Of a stretch of 64,000 bases of DNA, positions 1-9,853 are shown one piece after another; the first letter of the stretch is position 1, and each line of letters begins with the position of its first letter. The position numbers and the translations under genes were made by a program. Origin of the DNA: an uncultured Gammaproteobacteria bacterium (GTDB lineage Bacteria > Patescibacteriota > Microgenomatia > CAYXHB01 > CAZYTL01); NCBI GenBank assembly GCA_964650355.1, contig CAZYTL010000007.1, positions 4,455-68,454 on the forward strand, written 5' to 3'. The notes under the pieces were generated by a model. That model had not been told where the DNA came from. It saw only the letters and a list, made by a program, of their open reading frames with translations, and did no database searches.

Positions 1-589
1 GAAACAAAAGCATTTATGCGACCGGCTGGAACGATTCGTGACCGGTTCACTGGCTCATGTTTTCGACAGCCAAACCAATATCGAGTTGGACAACCGTCTG
101 GTCGTTTTTGATATCAAAGACTTAAACGAATCGTTACGGCAAATCATGATGTTAGTAGTGGCTAATTTTGTCCAGTCAGAGGTAAAAACTAACCCGCAGA
201 AAAGGATTCTGGTGATTGATGAAGGCTGGCTGCTTCTGGAGCATGAAGACAGCGCCAGGTTTATTGCCGGTCTGGTCCGCCGGGCCAGGAAACATTATCT
301 TGGTGTAACCATTATTGCCCAGCAAGCTAATGATTTCTTAAATCAGGAATACGGGCGGGCCATTGCTTCCCAATCCGCGTTGAGAATTCTAATGAGGCAG
401 GATACCACCACGATTAAGAACGTAGCCAGGGAGTTCCGGTTAAGTGAATATGAGCAGCATTTCCTGCTGACTTGTGACCGGGGAGAAGCCGTGATTATCG
501 CTGATCAGAACCACGTAGCGCTCAAAGTCGTGGCTTCGGAAAAAGAGCATCCTTTATTAACTACTGACCCCAGGGAAATATATATCTGA
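1..589 (+). CDS. T4SS/conjugation ATPase VirB4/TraC/TrbE-like, C-terminal fragment (5' end lies outside the window)
   Basis: The frame is open from the window start. It carries a Walker B-like LVIDEGW, then RRARKHYLGVTIIAQQANDF and a C-terminal region typical of VirB4-family ATPases. The stop overlaps the next start (ATGA). Confidence 0.6.
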   Translation, partial: KQKHLCDRLERFVTGSLAHVFDSQTNIELDNRLVVFDIKDLNESLRQIMMLVVANFVQSEVKTNPQKRILVIDEGWLLLEHEDSARFIAGLVRRARKHYLGVTIIAQQANDFLNQEYGRAIASQSALRILMRQDTTTIKNVAREFRLSEYEQHFLLTCDRGEAVIIADQNHVALKVVASEKEHPLLTTDPREIYI

Positions 590-592
590 TGA

Positions 593-1196
593 ATGAACAA
601 CTTCTTTTTAGCCTACAATCTCTGGTCTTTCCGTGATGAGTTAAAGCTGGTGCTTTATACGTTCCTACTGGTTTTGAGCTTACCGATTATTGCCGTGCTG
701 GTGATTACCAATGCCGGAATTCAGGAAGTCTCCGACGCTCTCGTATCAGTTAATACTCAGGCCCGCACCGTTCAGATCCTTAATCCTGCTACGGGGGAAG
801 TAGTTAAAGAAGTCAGTGGTGACTTTTTCTGGCCGGTGCAGGGTGTGATTACCCTGGAATTCGGACAATCAAGCGGCTACCAATTATTTCATACCGGAAT
901 TGATGTTGCTGACCCGGAAGGGGAAATAGGGGATCAGATTTATCCCTTTATGCCGGGTATGGTAATTTATTCAGGTGAAACTTCCTGGGGATACGGCAAG
1001 CACGTAGTCATTGATAACGGTGATAATATTTCATCAATCTATGCCCACTTAAATAAAATTTCAGTTGCAAAAGGGCAGGAGGTGACCATTAACCCCATTG
1101 GGTACTGAAGGCCAAACTGGCTGGGCCACCGGCCCCCACCTGCACTTTGAAATCCGAGTTTACGGAGTCCCGGTTAATCCAAGGGTATTTTTATAA
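593..1196 (+). pseudogene. M23 (LytM) family metallopeptidase with an apparent +1 frameshift near 1100
   Basis: ORF 593..1108 has an N-terminal TM helix and the HxxxD motif (FHTGIDVA), then ends ...INPIGY*. The +1 frame continues directly as [30 protein letters not shown], the canonical M23 C-terminal HxH motif, up to the stop at 1194-1196. One extra T after GGG around 1101 would explain the shift. Confidence 0.6.
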
Positions 1197-1217
1197 TGAA
1201 TTATTAACTGTTGGAGA

Positions 1218-2492
1218 CTATGGTAAGGGTGTAGCAAGAAAAATCTCAAAATCATTTCCGTCGAAACCTTGCCATACTATTTGGTTGTTGTCATTTAAGT
1301 AAGGAAAGGCATCGTTATAGATATTATCTGTCAATTGTATGTTTTCTGTTGATCCCAGTTCATGAGTAAATAGTTCAAAATCATTTTCCGGTGGAGTGGA
1401 TGGGTTCTCCCAGATTGACAAGCCAACATTATTCAGATACGATTTTTGCTCAGGTCCTTGAGTATCTGTTAACTGGGTGATATCTGTACCATCATAATAA
1501 AAGATTTCTCTGTCATTAGGATTCTCATTAATCCAGCTTTCCCATATCACATGACCTTGATTGTTAATTTTAGGGTTTGTGTCAGTATTGTTATTATTTG
1601 TGATCCTAGTTATAGAACTAGTTGAATAATTATAGTAATAGATTTCGCTATTCATAGCTCCATCTACCCAGTCCATCCAGACTAAATCTCCGTCATCATT
1701 GATACTTGGTTCATCCTTTAAGTAACCTGACAGAGTTATTTGTTTAATGTCCCCTCCGTCATAAAAATAGACTTGTTTGCCGCCTATCCAAACTATCTGT
1801 CCAGCTTCATTCAATCTTGGCAAATGATCGTATAAGCTATTGTTAGTAATTTGGTCAATAGTTCCATCGTTGTACAAGTAAATCTCGTTATCAACCGGGT
1901 TTGCTCCGCCTCTCCATACGATCTCCCTATTATCATTGAATGTCTTTATCGGATAGCTATTACTCCAATCAAAAGTGTCATTAAAGTCATTGTTTGTAAC
2001 TTGTACTATATTTTCAGACTCAGCAACGTAGAGATAGATTTCACTATCTGTGCCGTCAAAGTGCATCCAGGTAATATCACCTGGATTATTGATTTGAGGA
2101 AACCAATTGCCTGAATCATGTGTTATTTGAATGATCTTACCCTCATCATATAGGTAAATATCACCCGCACCGGAATTATTAAATGATCCCCAAACAACTT
2201 GTCCATTGTAATTTATTCGGGAGTATAAATCGTCTTCTGAATTATTGGTGAGTTGGCGCGTCCAATATTTTGTTCCTGCAAGTTTTTTATCAATTCCCGA
2301 AGCATGCTCCAATCCTCGAGGTGTTTTCTCTGACTTCCCAGCTCCTTCAACAAGCAATTTAATATTTTGTTCTATTGACTTAGAATTATTATTCTTTGGA
2401 GTAGCATAAATTGAACCTAAACCATTTGGTATAATTAATATTAAGGCGAAAATTGTAACTATGTGAACAGTTAATCTTAATGATAGCTTCAT
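1218..2492 (-). CDS. secreted PD40/TolB-like beta-propeller repeat protein
   Basis: N-terminal signal/TM (MKLSLRLTVHIVTIFALILII). About 7 tandem ~45-aa repeats of the form (D/N)xEIYLYdGgxIxQITnn...P.iNn.GqIVW, which resembles PD40 repeats. Low GC (about 33%). Confidence 0.5.
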   Translation of the reverse strand: MKLSLRLTVHIVTIFALILIIPNGLGSIYATPKNNNSKSIEQNIKLLVEGAGKSEKTPRGLEHASGIDKKLAGTKYWTRQLTNNSEDDLYSRINYNGQVVWGSFNNSGAGDIYLYDEGKIIQITHDSGNWFPQINNPGDITWMHFDGTDSEIYLYVAESENIVQVTNNDFNDTFDWSNSYPIKTFNDNREIVWRGGANPVDNEIYLYNDGTIDQITNNSLYDHLPRLNEAGQIVWIGGKQVYFYDGGDIKQITLSGYLKDEPSINDDGDLVWMDWVDGAMNSEIYYYNYSTSSITRITNNNNTDTNPKINNQGHVIWESWINENPNDREIFYYDGTDITQLTDTQGPEQKSYLNNVGLSIWENPSTPPENDFELFTHELGSTENIQLTDNIYNDAFPYLNDNNQIVWQGFDGNDFEIFLATPLP

Positions 2493-2584
2493 ATCTCGAC
2501 TACTTACAATTTACAACTAATAATTTATGTTTAGTGAGGTTTAATAACAAAATAACCTCTAGGAAGGCAACTTATACACTAATC

Positions 2585-5116
2585 TTATAATTTACCTTTA
2601 ATTGACTCAAGCAATTCCATTTGTTGATGTTGTAATCCCGCATCAAAAATTATTCGGTATTCAAAGTTCTTGTTTATCTCAGCAAATTCTCTGAAACCGA
2701 CTTCTTTTGCAAATACCTCGTCGAACAGTTCTTCCCGCTTGCCTTGGTATTGTTTTTTGTTTTGCTCGTAGGTGAGCCTTTCAGTATTTAGTTTTACCTC
2801 GATAACAATAAACCTACCTTTTGTGGTTTCAATCAAGAAGTCGGGGAAGTAGCGAGAAATGCGTTTTTCCCTTGGGTTCCAGTACTCGAAGAAAAAGTCG
2901 TTGTGAACTGCATCAGTTACACCGCCTGTAAAGTAAACATCAACTATCGCCTCATCTTCATCAAGCACTTCTCGAAGATGAGTAAATAGACTTTTTTCGT
3001 CTTTACTGTCAAAGTTGTAAGGATCAATATGAAAGCCTAATCTCCCCTTACCAGAGTCCTTTTTATAGACCACTAAGTCGTTTCTGTTTTGGGCAACGCT
3101 AATTTTGAATGGATACTGTTTAGTAAGCTCCAGCTCTTCTTCGATAATTTCAGTTTTTTCTTCATATTCATATGCTTTTGTCAGAATACTTTCGACAATA
3201 AAAGCAATTTGGGCCGGGTTTTTATTTACAAGGACAACTATCTCACCTCTTGAATAGTGGCCTAGTAATACTTTCTCTATAGCCAAACAAGGCAACAAAG
3301 TATAACGGTTGATAATGGCGACAATCTCATAAAAGGTAAAGTCACTTTTTGTTTCAAGAGTTTTTTTTGCGCCTGATCGAGTATATTGTGCTTTCTGCTG
3401 TTCGGATAGTAGTATCCCACTTTCTGCAATGTAAGGTAGATACTTGCTTGCTTTGAAGTTATCCCACTCTATTTTTATCCTTTCAGGTTTTTTAGTTGAG
3501 GCTGAAACAATTTCGGTACGTTTCTTTTTGACTGTGACCTTTTTCTTTTTCTCGACTGTGAGAGTATGTTCAATGTTTTTCTGCTCCTGATTACGAAGTT
3601 CTTCAATTGTAGTGGCGAAGTTATTCTTCAATTCTCTATCCAGTATTTTGTAATTTTCATCCGATAAGAAAATTGAGGCAACTGTTGAATTGTCACCAAT
3701 ACTTCTCAAGCATCTCGTCGAGGATTGAAGTACAAAAATAGCGCTTCTTGGTTTTCTATAAAGAGCACAAGACACTAGAGAGCGACAATTCCATCCCTCA
3801 GTTCCTTTTCCAACTAGTAGTATAAATTGTTTTTTGCTTTGAGGATTGTCAAGGGTTACAAATTCACCTTTACCTTCTTCTGCCTCGGTATGATATTCAA
3901 GCACTTTGTCTTGAGAGATGCCTTTCTCGGTTAGGATTTCTTCCAATTTTGGCCTAAGCTCTTTTTGTAAATCGGAAATGTTGGCAGCAAAAAAGGCAAT
4001 CTTAGGGAGTTTGTCTTCAAGCCTATTTTCGCCATATTCCTTCCAGAATTTGGAAATTACGTCCTCGATAAACTCATAAGATTTGACATTGCCATACTCG
4101 AAGAATCGCACTTGTTTTAGAATCCCTCGTTCAATACCAGGTTTGAGTCCGAAATGAAACACTACGTCAGCAATCATTTTGTTCTTGATATAGGGTGTGC
4201 CGGTAAGGTTGACTACACCGGTTAAAGGGGTTTTTCCTTCCTTGTGGATGTAGTTGATGGTGGTTTTAGTCTTTTTTAGTGTGCCTTCGAGAGTGGTACC
4301 AAATGAATGGTGAGCCTCGTCTACAAATACAATAAGGTTTGACAGTTGCCTGATAGACTGTAAGCGTCGATTCTCGATGGCTTTATTTTTGAGATAGCGT
4401 TCATCTCTAAATAGTTTTGCTTGTTTGTCATCGGCGTGTCTGGTTTTGAGGATTATCTTTTGAGAGTTGGAGACAATCACATTGTAGTTACCAATTGGTT
4501 GTAGAGGGGTTTCAGGAGTTTCCAGATAATGAAATTTAATATTCAACACTATGTTGAGATACTCTTTCGGTAATACCCTTGAATAATCAAAAGTTTTTAT
4601 CTCTTTAAGACTTTCGATTATAGTTGTATCTGGTGCGAAGATGAGTGCGTTTTTGCCAAACCGAGTGTCCTTTTCGTGGTGAAAAGAGAGTACGAAGTCA
4701 TAAAGCATCATTACCCCAGCTAGAATTGTCTTGCCAGCGCCCATGGTGAGAGCATAAACTTGGTTTGCGTAATCAAGCCCGTTGTATTGCTTATGTAGCA
4801 GGTCGGAAATCTTTTTTTCTTTGTCCTTGTCGTAGGCCAGTTTTAAGGCTTCTTTTTCACTAATCCCAAGTGAGAGTATAAGTTCAAGCTCATTAGTGAA
4901 GATTGATTTGACGACTTCAACTGTAGGTTTATTGCCAACTACTTCTTTGAGGTAAACATAGGTTTCAAAAGATTCAAGCTGTGGGGCATGAAGATAGCCT
5001 ATTTTCTTGATATGCCTCAGGATATTTAGTGTTTCTTTTTCTACATTGGGATAACCGGCTACTCGCCACTCACCAACTTTTTGTTGTATTGCCTGTAAGT
5101 ATGCATTGTCCATCAT
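2585..5116 (-). CDS. res: type III restriction enzyme Res subunit (SF2 helicase plus PD-(D/E)xK nuclease)
   Basis: Walker A MGAGKT and a DEAH box (VFVDEAHH). C-terminal PD..ExK motif (PDFLIETTKGRFIVIEVK). Sits immediately downstream of mod, with a 3-nt gap. Confidence 0.85.
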   Translation of the reverse strand: MMDNAYLQAIQQKVGEWRVAGYPNVEKETLNILRHIKKIGYLHAPQLESFETYVYLKEVVGNKPTVEVVKSIFTNELELILSLGISEKEALKLAYDKDKEKKISDLLHKQYNGLDYANQVYALTMGAGKTILAGVMMLYDFVLSFHHEKDTRFGKNALIFAPDTTIIESLKEIKTFDYSRVLPKEYLNIVLNIKFHYLETPETPLQPIGNYNVIVSNSQKIILKTRHADDKQAKLFRDERYLKNKAIENRRLQSIRQLSNLIVFVDEAHHSFGTTLEGTLKKTKTTINYIHKEGKTPLTGVVNLTGTPYIKNKMIADVVFHFGLKPGIERGILKQVRFFEYGNVKSYEFIEDVISKFWKEYGENRLEDKLPKIAFFAANISDLQKELRPKLEEILTEKGISQDKVLEYHTEAEEGKGEFVTLDNPQSKKQFILLVGKGTEGWNCRSLVSCALYRKPRSAIFVLQSSTRCLRSIGDNSTVASIFLSDENYKILDRELKNNFATTIEELRNQEQKNIEHTLTVEKKKKVTVKKKRTEIVSASTKKPERIKIEWDNFKASKYLPYIAESGILLSEQQKAQYTRSGAKKTLETKSDFTFYEIVAIINRYTLLPCLAIEKVLLGHYSRGEIVVLVNKNPAQIAFIVESILTKAYEYEEKTEIIEEELELTKQYPFKISVAQNRNDLVVYKKDSGKGRLGFHIDPYNFDSKDEKSLFTHLREVLDEDEAIVDVYFTGGVTDAVHNDFFFEYWNPREKRISRYFPDFLIETTKGRFIVIEVKLNTERLTYEQNKKQYQGKREELFDEVFAKEVGFREFAEINKNFEYRIIFDAGLQHQQMELLESIKGKL

Positions 5117-5119
5117 GAA

Positions 5120-7075
5120 TTAAGCCTTGACTGAAAATGTTTCAAAGTATTCTTCTCCCAGCACATCCACAATTTTGATGGCTACCCTGTAGGTTCCAGC
5201 CTTTTCGTAGGTGTAGTGGTAAGAGGCAGAAATAACTTCTTTTTTCTCGGGCAAGTCCATGATTTCAGCATTAAAGAGCTTACCGTCGTAATCTATATCG
5301 ATTGTTACACTGTCAATGATTTGCTTGAAATCTTCCACTTTTGCTTTGTCTTTTTTATCAATAATCTTTTCGTTCTCAAGCTCTAGTTTACGCATGAGAA
5401 TAGGAGAGTAGAATTCTTCGACGCTGACAGTTAGCTTTTTGTCTTTTACCTCTATCTCGATTTTTGCTTCAGGCTTTTGTTTGAAAATAAGATTCTTCTT
5501 GTCGTTGAGAATATCTCGGATAACTACTTTGACACCTGACTTGTTTTCTTTTTTGAGATAATCCTCGACATCAAGTTCTGCTCCAGAGCAAATGATAGTG
5601 ACGCCTTCTTCATAAATTTCCTCACCTTGTTTTTGTGTTGCTTTAACAGTAAAGCTATCTGTATTGTCATCTATATCTTTAAGTACTGTTTTTATATCGA
5701 GCTTGTTGAGAACCCTGTTAAGTGGCATGACTTTGACAAAGTTATTGTCGAGTGTTCCATCAAAAGCACCTCGCTTAATAGGTTCGACCCCGTACATTTC
5801 CATGACTATGTCCTTAGCCTCGATTTCATTTTTGAATATGTCGTATTCGTTGACATTCAAAATTTTGAAAGCTAGCAAGCCTTTGAAGTCATCTTTAATT
5901 AATTTCTTTCCGTTTGTTTTAAGTTGACTATCAATGATTTGAGCTAACCTTTTAGTGGTAGTTTGAATTGCACCAATGTTTATATCGCAACCAATCCATT
6001 TTCTTCCTAACTTTTGGGCAACAGCTAGAGTCGTACCACTTCCACAGAAACAATCCATTACTAAATCACCCGATTCACTCCCCATATTAATTATCCTTTC
6101 AAGCAGCGCTTCACGCTTTTGAGTCGGGTAACCTGTAGACTCTATTGCCTGAGAATTTATTGGTGAAATGTCTGTCCATACTGATTGTAATGGTAGTCCA
6201 GGCATTTCGTCTAAATACTTTTTAAGTCTTGGCATTCCGGTAGATGTATAGTAAAGGTGACCTTTTTTCTCAAAATCTTCCATCTTATCTTTTGTGTATC
6301 TCCATGCCCGCTTTATGCCCTTCCATTCATAAATGGGTCCTTGATCGCGTGGTGGTACACATGATTGGTCTTCAAACTTTCTACCGTCTTTATCTACTTT
6401 TTGATAATGGGTTTTGAGATACTCCTCAGAGTAGGGAATGTGAGTTTTTTTTAGCAAAGAATTTGGGCCGTTACCATAAAAGAAGATTGTGTCGTGCAGA
6501 TTACCTATGTTTTTGGCGTCAGAGTGGGCTGCTTGTCTTTTCCATATAACTTCCGAGATTAAAGACTCGGGTCCGAATATTTCATCAAGCAAGCAACGTA
6601 ATAAATAATTTTTATGATAATCACAATGTAGAACGAAAATTCCACGGTTTACGAGTAGTTCCCTCATTATTAGTAAACGCTCATACATAAATTGCAAATA
6701 TTCATCGTTTTCCCAAATGTCGGTATATTGCTTTTCTTCGAGAAGATTTTGTTGTTGGCCTTCAATTTTTTGACCTCTAATTTTCACCTTTTTTACATAG
6801 TCAGCTTTGCTGTCGAATGGTGGATCGATGTAAATAAGGTCAATTTCACCTCGATATTCTTTTAGAAGATGAGAAAGAACTTGCAGATTATCGCCCCAAA
6901 AAAGCTTGTTGAAATTTTTTGATTTTTTATCGCCATAGACCTCTTTTTCCTGAGCCGGGAAGTATTCCACCTTATCTAAAGGTTTTTTGCCTACCCATGA
7001 GAGCATGGGGCGTCCTTTTGCTTTTTGGATTTCGGACCTTGATGATTTTGTAAGTGTGTTTGTTGCTTTTGTCAT
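5120..7075 (-). CDS. mod: type III R-M DNA methyltransferase Mod (beta-class N6A/N4C MTase)
   Basis: Motif IV DLIYIDPPF precedes motif I FCGSGTTLAVAQKLGRKWIGCDIN, which is beta-class order. The size and a C-terminal extension are typical of Mod, and the mod-res gene order matches. Confidence 0.85.
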   Translation of the reverse strand: MTKATNTLTKSSRSEIQKAKGRPMLSWVGKKPLDKVEYFPAQEKEVYGDKKSKNFNKLFWGDNLQVLSHLLKEYRGEIDLIYIDPPFDSKADYVKKVKIRGQKIEGQQQNLLEEKQYTDIWENDEYLQFMYERLLIMRELLVNRGIFVLHCDYHKNYLLRCLLDEIFGPESLISEVIWKRQAAHSDAKNIGNLHDTIFFYGNGPNSLLKKTHIPYSEEYLKTHYQKVDKDGRKFEDQSCVPPRDQGPIYEWKGIKRAWRYTKDKMEDFEKKGHLYYTSTGMPRLKKYLDEMPGLPLQSVWTDISPINSQAIESTGYPTQKREALLERIINMGSESGDLVMDCFCGSGTTLAVAQKLGRKWIGCDINIGAIQTTTKRLAQIIDSQLKTNGKKLIKDDFKGLLAFKILNVNEYDIFKNEIEAKDIVMEMYGVEPIKRGAFDGTLDNNFVKVMPLNRVLNKLDIKTVLKDIDDNTDSFTVKATQKQGEEIYEEGVTIICSGAELDVEDYLKKENKSGVKVVIRDILNDKKNLIFKQKPEAKIEIEVKDKKLTVSVEEFYSPILMRKLELENEKIIDKKDKAKVEDFKQIIDSVTIDIDYDGKLFNAEIMDLPEKKEVISASYHYTYEKAGTYRVAIKIVDVLGEEYFETFSVKA

Positions 7076-7081
7076 AGTTTT

Positions 7082-7294
7082 TTATACCCTTGGTTCCTTT
7101 TTAAGGGCTACTTTGCAGTAAGGGCAAGTGTATCTCATCAACGTTAGATTTCTTTCACCCACATAATGAGTAGGGCAGGTCATTTCAAGGTCGAACAAAA
7201 GCCTCGTCCACTCCCATTCTTCCTCAACTGGTTCGTACATTTGTTCGATTGCTCGTAGCAATTCTTTAGTATCAATATCTGTATTAGCTAGCAT
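7082..7294 (-). CDS. small Zn-ribbon protein (CxxH...CPYC)
   Basis: The ORF track gives 7082..7324. The ATG at 7294 overlaps the upstream gene's stop (ATGCTAGCTAA), which suggests translational coupling. Two Cys/His pairs: TCPTHY and CPYC. Confidence 0.45.
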   Translation of the reverse strand: MLANTDIDTKELLRAIEQMYEPVEEEWEWTRLLFDLEMTCPTHYVGERNLTLMRYTCPYCKVALKKEPRV

Positions 7295-7463
7295 TTTTTT
7301 TGTACCTTTCGACAAAAGCATCAAAGTCTGCTTTTTTTATCCTGAACTGTTTTTCTACTTGGTAAGCCTTGAGTTTACCTGCCTGTATCCAGCGATAGAC
7401 GGTCATGTATGAGACTTTAAGTATTCTGGCAATGTCCTTTGGTGTCAAAAATTTTTCTTCCAT
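7284..7463 (-). CDS. helix-turn-helix protein, excisionase/MerR-like (AlpA/Xis HTH_17-type), 59 aa
   Basis: My own translation: MEEKFLTPKDIARILKVSYMTVYRWIQAGKLKAYQVEKQFRIKKADFDAFVERYKKNAS. It is below the ORF-track length cutoff. It ends in an A8 tract that separates it by one frame from the Zn-ribbon ORF. Confidence 0.5.
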   Translation of the reverse strand: MEEKFLTPKDIARILKVSYMTVYRWIQAGKLKAYQVEKQFRIKKADFDAFVERYKKNAS

Positions 7464-7537
7464 AGTTATCTCTTGTACAGAGTAACATTCTTTAACATTG
7501 ATTACAATAATGGTAAACTAGAATCAGCTTTTCCAGT

Positions 7538-9853
7538 GTGAAAATTATGGTAACTGTTAACGGTAGTCGAAAACTCAATCTAAACCAACCCCAAAGAGTG
7601 TTGGTAGCTATCGTATATCTTTTCTTGCTGGTAATTATTTTTTCTCTGCTGGGTGGTAGCTTCCGAGGATTCTTGTTCGATTCGAGTGTCGATTCGAGTA
7701 TTTTGTTTTATGCGGGGGCGTTCATGATAATACTTGGTGCATATATCGTTGAACCTTTTTTTACTAAGCCCTCAGATGCCATTGCCAACTCAACGGCAAC
7801 ACTAATTGCATTGGTTGGCCTGGCAAATAAACAAGCTTTCTATAGCTATGGGTGGATTTTCATAATATCCTTAGTGGTTTTATTAGCTAGTATTGTTTCG
7901 ATTCTTTTGAGAGAAACTACGAACGAATTCTGGAAGAAAGTGTCTAAAATCAGTTACTGGCTGGCAGTGAATCTTGGTAACTACAAAGTTATATTTTCTT
8001 TAGTTTATTTTTCTGCTGCGTATTCTTATTTTGGGAAAGTTGAAAACCTAATACCATTCATTACGATAATAACTTTTTGGATTTGTCTAACATTCTTCGA
8101 TGTGGTAGGGATAGCGATTGAAAAACTAAGTTTATTGTTAGCGATATTTAAAGGTGGTCGGATAAGTGAGTTAGGCCAGGCGATTGGGTGTGATAACCCA
8201 TTTTTGTATAAGGTAGAAATTGACTATTCTAAACATAAAAGACAGGAGGTTCAATATGGTGACATAGTAGCTATTGAAACAGGGTTAAATGTTGGCTCAA
8301 TTGGTATGATTGTTAGCTCGAGGTTTTTACTGAACAAAAAATGGTTAAGCATCTATCTTCTTAAAGATGATGACGACCAGGTGTTAAAGGTTGATCTTAG
8401 GAATTATAAGCTAATAACCGATGAAAAATCTATTTTTTCTAAGGAAAGTCTAGTTTACAGACTGAACATAAAGCAACTCCCAGATGAAATATCCAAGATG
8501 ATTAAAAAGAATGAGCTTTACCAAAATAAAGAAAATTTTATCGGGTTCGTGACGGTAGGGTCGGATATCAACACCATCAACTTCTCAATCTTGGGAGATG
8601 CTCAATCTCCTGAAAAACAGATTAGTGAAGGTAAAATTATTAAGGCATATATTTATGGCCAAGAAACGCTGTATCAGGTTATCAACGGAAATACACGCGA
8701 GGAACATTTAGAGAATTATGACAAGCATGGATTTACTGTTGGAGTCGCTCGCAAATTAGGTAAATACTTATTCGACAAGAAAGAGCTAGATGTAAGTAAG
8801 TGGATGCCGACAATTTATTCTCCTTTGTTTTTTGCGTATAACGAAGTCATCAACGAGAAGAGGCAAAAGGAAATAGCCCAACAGTCTATTGGTAGATTAC
8901 CTGGCACTAACCTGGAAATCCCCATAAAGGACATAAATACTCTGATTAGTCACAATACCGCAATATTGGGAATTTTGGGGATCGGAAAGTCATGTTTATC
9001 ATATGAGCTAATTATGAAGGTTACAAAGAAAGGTATAAAAGTTGTGTGTTTAGATATTACTAATGAATACGTAAGAGATCTTAAAAAGTACATAAATGAA
9101 GATAAAATAGCGTCAGATTATTCTAATGTGGTTAAGGGATTAAACGATTCTGAAGTAAAAATAGCTGATTCAAAGACCGAAGGTGGAAATGTTGATGTAT
9201 TTTATTCGTCGATTAAAAAAGAGTTAGAAAGTTTCATCGCAGATGACAATACTCTGATAACCATTATTAACGTTGATGAATTTAATGTTATAAAACAAGA
9301 AGAAAATGCTAAAAATAGACAAAAAAACGGTATATGGGAAATGTATGCACCGCATAATCAGGCGACAGTAGCAGAAAAAACCAGAATGATATGTGAGATA
9401 TTATTGTCATTAGCTATGAGTAGTGGATCATCAAATGAAGCTCGCTGTCTGATAGTGTTTGAAGAAGCACACTCGCTTATACCCGAGTGGAATTCTGTTT
9501 CATACGAGGGTGATAAAACAGCTACCAACGGCACAGCTAAAGTGATCCTACAAGGAAGAAAATATGGTTTAGGTAGTTTGGTGGTAACACAAAGGACAGC
9601 AAACGTTAGTAAAAGCATTCTTAACCAATGTAATACAGTTTTTGCTTTAAGAGTGTTTGATGATACTGGGAAAGAGTTTTTAAAGAATTATATCGGCGAG
9701 GATTATTCAAGTACATTGTCCACACTCGAGGAACGCAGAGCAGTAGCTATCGGCAAAGGATTGAAGTTGAAGCAACCAGTTATCATTCAACTTAATGATC
9801 GGGATTACTTGCTAGAATCTAAGCAAGATGGAGAGGAAAGTGATAATGACTGA
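7538..9853 (+). CDS. membrane-anchored HerA/DUF87-family (FtsK-HerA superfamily) ATPase
   Basis: About 6 N-terminal TM helices (aa 1-200), then a central soluble region. C-terminal ATPase with Walker A ILGILGIGKS, Walker B/DEAH-like LIVFEEAHSLIPE, and a GRKYGLGSLVVTQRTANVSKSILNQCNTVFALRV block characteristic of HerA/DUF87. Low GC. Confidence 0.6.
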   Translation: MKIMVTVNGSRKLNLNQPQRVLVAIVYLFLLVIIFSLLGGSFRGFLFDSSVDSSILFYAGAFMIILGAYIVEPFFTKPSDAIANSTATLIALVGLANKQAFYSYGWIFIISLVVLLASIVSILLRETTNEFWKKVSKISYWLAVNLGNYKVIFSLVYFSAAYSYFGKVENLIPFITIITFWICLTFFDVVGIAIEKLSLLLAIFKGGRISELGQAIGCDNPFLYKVEIDYSKHKRQEVQYGDIVAIETGLNVGSIGMIVSSRFLLNKKWLSIYLLKDDDDQVLKVDLRNYKLITDEKSIFSKESLVYRLNIKQLPDEISKMIKKNELYQNKENFIGFVTVGSDINTINFSILGDAQSPEKQISEGKIIKAYIYGQETLYQVINGNTREEHLENYDKHGFTVGVARKLGKYLFDKKELDVSKWMPTIYSPLFFAYNEVINEKRQKEIAQQSIGRLPGTNLEIPIKDINTLISHNTAILGILGIGKSCLSYELIMKVTKKGIKVVCLDITNEYVRDLKKYINEDKIASDYSNVVKGLNDSEVKIADSKTEGGNVDVFYSSIKKELESFIADDNTLITIINVDEFNVIKQEENAKNRQKNGIWEMYAPHNQATVAEKTRMICEILLSLAMSSGSSNEARCLIVFEEAHSLIPEWNSVSYEGDKTATNGTAKVILQGRKYGLGSLVVTQRTANVSKSILNQCNTVFALRVFDDTGKEFLKNYIGEDYSSTLSTLEERRAVAIGKGLKLKQPVIIQLNDRDYLLESKQDGEESDND

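Noticed and set aside
1851-2114. 87-aa + strand ORF inside the PD40-repeat gene
   Set aside because: It is antisense to a well-supported longer minus-strand CDS. It has no RBS and a low-complexity translation.
5627-5927. Two overlapping + strand ORFs (82 and 87 aa) inside mod
   Set aside because: Shadow ORFs antisense to the methyltransferase gene.
9358-9618. 86-aa minus-strand ORF inside the HerA-like gene
   Set aside because: Antisense shadow ORF.
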